Below are positions 60,200-64,000 of a stretch of 64,000 bases of DNA, piece by piece (positions within the stretch are counted from its first letter, which is position 1; each line of letters begins with the position of its first letter). The DNA lies in the NCBI GenBank assembly GCA_964016885.1, contig OZ024751.1, positions 33,914,001-33,978,000 on the forward strand, written 5' to 3'. Below the pieces are notes generated by a model. It did not search any database. It was given only the letters and a program-made list of their open reading frames with translations, and was not told the origin of the DNA. The stretch is from Eledone cirrhosa (taxonomy: Eukaryota). The position numbers and the translations under genes were made by a program.

Positions 60200-60480
60200 T
60201 TCCGTCATTTACTCTCCTTGGCAAGGGTTGTGGTTTGAAGCCAGTTTGTGCCACAGGTGTGCAGATTATCTTTTACGGTCGATCTCCATATCTACCTTTG
60301 ATCATTTCCCAAACTTGGTGACCAAGTCATTGTAGTTTTTCTAAGTATATTGTCCTCTATTCGTAGATGTCCTGCCAACTGCCCTTGGTACGGCTCACAA
60401 CTGTGGCATTGGTTCTCCGTAACATATCCTTGTGATTCTCTATTTACATCTAATACCCACCATTGTAGAGTATTTAGTTT
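60200..60480 (-). pseudogene. Decayed RTE-clade LINE C-terminal fragment
   Basis: QLAGHLRIEDNILRKTTMTWSP..IWRSTVKDNLHTCG. Confidence 0.5.
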
Positions 60481-60867
60481 ATTATGGCATATCCAGAGTT
60501 TTGTTTCTGGTGCTCTTGTTGTTGCTGTTTTTGGTTTTGTAATGTTGATGGTGGTGATAGTAGTGGTGGTGATAGTTGTGTTGTGATTGTTGTTAGTGTT
60601 GGTTTTGATATTGCTGATGGTAGTGTCGGTGTTGGTGGTGATGTTGAGTGATGGTAGTGGTGATGATGATGGTGTTGGGTGTTGGTGGTGATGGTTGCGG
60701 TTATAGTAGTCGGGGTTCTTTTACCAGCAATGCACCTGGGAATTCCCTGCAGGCTGCAATAGACAGAGTTCAGTGCGTTCTCTACTGCAGACTGAATGTA
60801 CAGGTGAAAGACTGCAATTAGTACTTATGTTGCATTTCCTGCAAATAGCTTCCCAAGATATGTCTCC

Positions 60868-60928
<61 letters not shown>

Positions 60929-61573
60929 CTTCTCCCTCTCCCCTTCTCTCTCTCCTATGCCCCCTCCTTACTCCAATGAAAGTGAATTGCTGTGAGAGGC
61001 TGTGGGAGGAGAGATATCTAAAAACCGAAGTCTGCTGTCAAACAAATTCATATTTTCGGATCTTTTAGCAACATAATTGCTGTATTTACATAAATTAGCA
61101 TTTCAGAAGAAAAAGAATAATAACAATAATAATAACAACAACAATATAAAAACAATAATTTTTAAAAAAAACGAAAAAAAAATATGAATTTTAAAAAAAA
61201 TCAACTTTCTTTCCCCACCCCCACCGCATGCCATCACAACCACCATGACCAATCACATGCACCACCACCACCATTACCACTACCTCTACCTCCTCCACTA
61301 CCATCACCACCTCTACCATCCTTTCATCACATCCACACACCACTCGATGAAACAACACGGCAATGAAATTAAATTTAAATGCATTATTCATTTATTTTAT
61401 ATCTTTTCATTACTTTAACATTTCACAGATTTTTAACTTTAACAAAAATGATGTCAGGAAAGCAGAAAAAAGGGACATAAAAATAAACTTTAATGTGGAG
61501 GATTTCTTTTGCTCCTGGTTTTTATATAAACAACATATAACATCATAAATACATTAGATTAACTATAAATAGA

Positions 61574-61762
61574 GCGGTGAAATGGCAGTATCGGTAGAGG
61601 GTTGGTCGCCATGCTTTGACGTATAGAGTTACGGCCCTTGCCATTCTGAATTCAAATCCCGCCGAGGTTAACTTTGCCTTTCATCCTTACGGGGTCGATA
61701 AAATAAAGTACCAGTAATCTACTGGGTAATTGCTGGCCTTGTGCCAAAAGTAGAAACAATTA
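61574..61762 (+). mobile_element. Full-length tRNA-derived SINE
   Basis: Colinear with 32739-32923. Confidence 0.9.
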
Positions 61763-61822
61763 TATTATATCATATTATACTGTAATATATTTAATTATGT
61801 TCTATTTGATTATATTATAATA

Positions 61823-62005
61823 CAAGGGTCGACTGAAACGTTCATAGGCTGACCAAGATACTCTCATGGAATGACCAAATGAGGTTTATTTTTCAACATA
61901 GTCCCTGGAAAGAAACAATGCACTTAAGAAAAATTGAAATTAATGCATGCAAGCTTTTACGGCTGTAGCATCAATTCTTCATAGGAACTTTTCAGTCGAC
62001 CTTCT
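61823..62005. mobile_element. Mariner-type MITE / internally deleted transposon
   Basis: TIRs caagggtcgactgaaacgttc / gaacttttcagtcgaccttct flanked by TA. Confidence 0.8.
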
Positions 62006-62381
62006 TATATTATAAAATACCAATAAAGTAGTGGATTCGATATAATCGATCTTTCCCTCCTCATTGCTGGCCTTTTGTCTAAATTACAAATCATTACTTA
62101 TCAGGTAATGAATACACTAATCATTTTGTTAATCAACTAATTAATACCAAACGTCTTTCGCCACAACCTGTGACCTTATCAACTTTTACCCTCTGTATCT
62201 CCTTTTCGTTCTCACTTCAATTTTACTCCATTAGTTTGTCTATCTGTCACAGTATATTTCCGTTATATTATTTTATTTTTTGTTTATTATTTATTTATTT
62301 TGAGAATTAACATGAGAAAGATGCCAATTACCCGAATACGAGTGCTATGTTTCTAATCTGTTTGTGTTTGTGTTTCTGTAG

Positions 62382-62514
62382 GGATTCTACGCACCAGTCT
62401 TGCCTGCAATCAAATCCGACTTTATACATGTATGCAACCTGTTAAAAAATTTGGAGATATGACACGTGGATTATCCGGAGTTTTTAATCCAGAACAAATA
62501 AAAAACTTCTGTTC
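62382..62514 (+). CDS. Internal coding exon of a probable secreted Cys-containing protein
   Basis: Branch-like CTAAT, T-rich tract and AG acceptor, GTAAGT donor; open frame ILRTSLACNQIRLYTCMQPVKKFGDMTRGLSGVFNPEQIKNFC (phase 1 to 2). Confidence 0.7.
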
Positions 62515-63607
62515 GTAAGTAGATACTTTATAAATATAAATATACATTTATATATAATATATTATATTTTGTTTTATCTGTACCGAAAGAATATATAAAT
62601 AAATATGAGAAATCTATTAAAATGTTTTTTATTAAATATAACTAAAGTAAGAAATAACTATATTTTTTCATTTCTGCCACTGTTCATAGTTTTTGTTATG
62701 ACAATAATTATCAAAAATGGCTAGCTTTAACATTTTACACTATTAAACAATGACAACTTCACTTCAAAATATTATAATAAAACAGTAACAAACCACCTAT
62801 GACCCTGCACCATTACATAAATTCTTTTTAGTCATAGTCTAGCATTTATATTAAATTATAGCCATTATTTTAGCTTAATTTAATTCAGTTTTCTTGTTTT
62901 ATTTTTTCATTATTTTTAAGAATTTCCTTTTTCCTTTTTGTGTACCTACAATTTTGTAATTATTATTATTTTTATTATTATTCTTTTAATTTCGTACTTA
63001 CTTATTTTGGTGTTGCTGTTTGTTGTTTTTGTAATTTTTGTTTTAAAAACTAATATTTCATTCCTCTATTGGGAGATGTAGTTCTTCAACACCACCACCA
63101 CCATTACCATATATAGCCATACAACCATATATAGTCTGTTAAAACAATTAATTCGTTGTCCATAAAATTGTCCTTTTTAAAAGAAACAGCTAACAAATAA
63201 CCTTACCGATAATGGAATCGTTTTAGAGAATTTTTTCCCTATTTTTTGTCCCAATCTTTGGTGCCTTTTACTTTCATTTAATTCCGTTTTATTTGTTTTT
63301 ATTTACCTCCACTTTGTTGTTGTTGTTGTTTTAATTTCCCTATTCTTTGCCAACTATTTGTTTATATCATTCTGATTCTCCTATTGTTTTTCTTCTCTAT
63401 TTATTCTGCTCCTCCTTTAAACCAGTTCAGCATGAAGTTATTTGTCAATTGGGCCATTTTCTGCTATGGACAATAGAATTTATTAAAACTGGTTATATAT
63501 ATATATATTTATTTATATATTGTGTATGTGTACGTATTTTTGTGTATATCTATTTGTATGTATACATGCAGAGAGAAAGCTAGGAGAAAGGGATAGGGGA
63601 AGAATCC

Positions 63608-63710
63608 ATCCCAGTACTAGATTGGTACTTTTTATTTACACCTCGAAATGATGAAAGACAAAATTGACCTGAGTAGGATTTGAACTCGGTGCACAGTGAG
63701 CCGGAATGCC
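63608..63710 (-). mobile_element. SINE fragment
   Basis: tggtactttttattt..gaaagacaaaattgacct..ggatttgaactc. Confidence 0.65.
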
Positions 63711-64000
63711 GCCTTAGGTGTGAGAAATAAATAAAATAACAAAGAGGAGTGAGAAGGTGCTAGAGATGGGAGACAAGTTCCTTTGTATCTCACCTCTACA
63801 CAACTGTCACATTATACCAAGGTAACATTATTGATAAAACATTACCTTACTGACTCTTATTGGAGTTATTAAGAAAAAAAAGCAATCAATCGATATATCG
63901 GTTTATTATATTGAATTAAAATAGATATCGAACTTACTCTAAATAGAAATTTTAAAAAAGAATTGGATTATAAAATTGTTAATATTGAAAATTAGATATA

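Noticed and set aside
63426-63495. Next exon after 62514
   Set aside because: An acceptor-like tract is present, but the required phase hits a stop codon for both AG options

Overview
AT-rich, microsatellite-saturated eukaryotic DNA. The SINE family and repeat landscape look like an octopod cephalopod (recognition from memory, not a search result). Almost all supplied ORFs are simple-repeat artefacts. The only convincing host coding sequence is one 133-nt spliced exon (62382-62514, +) that reads like the end of a signal peptide plus a Cys-containing secreted domain, so most of the window is probably intron or upstream DNA. The rest consists of tRNA-derived SINEs, 3' fragments of several LINE clades (Tx1/L1-like, CR1-group, RTE), a mariner-type MITE, minisatellites, and three decayed Penelope-like element (PLE) coding remnants. 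The main signal is about a dozen hammerhead-ribozyme motifs (CTGANGA..stem II..GAAA..palindromic stem III..UH) from many unrelated sequence families. Many sit in short fold-back elements inserted into (TA)n tracts, and several families share a small 3' stem-loop. This suggests a diverse population of miniature, ribozyme-bearing PLE derivatives that target microsatellites. Local flanks are also repeatedly copied in inverted orientation into (TA)n tracts, and there is a candidate recursive splice site at 22920/22921. All pairings and translations were done by eye.
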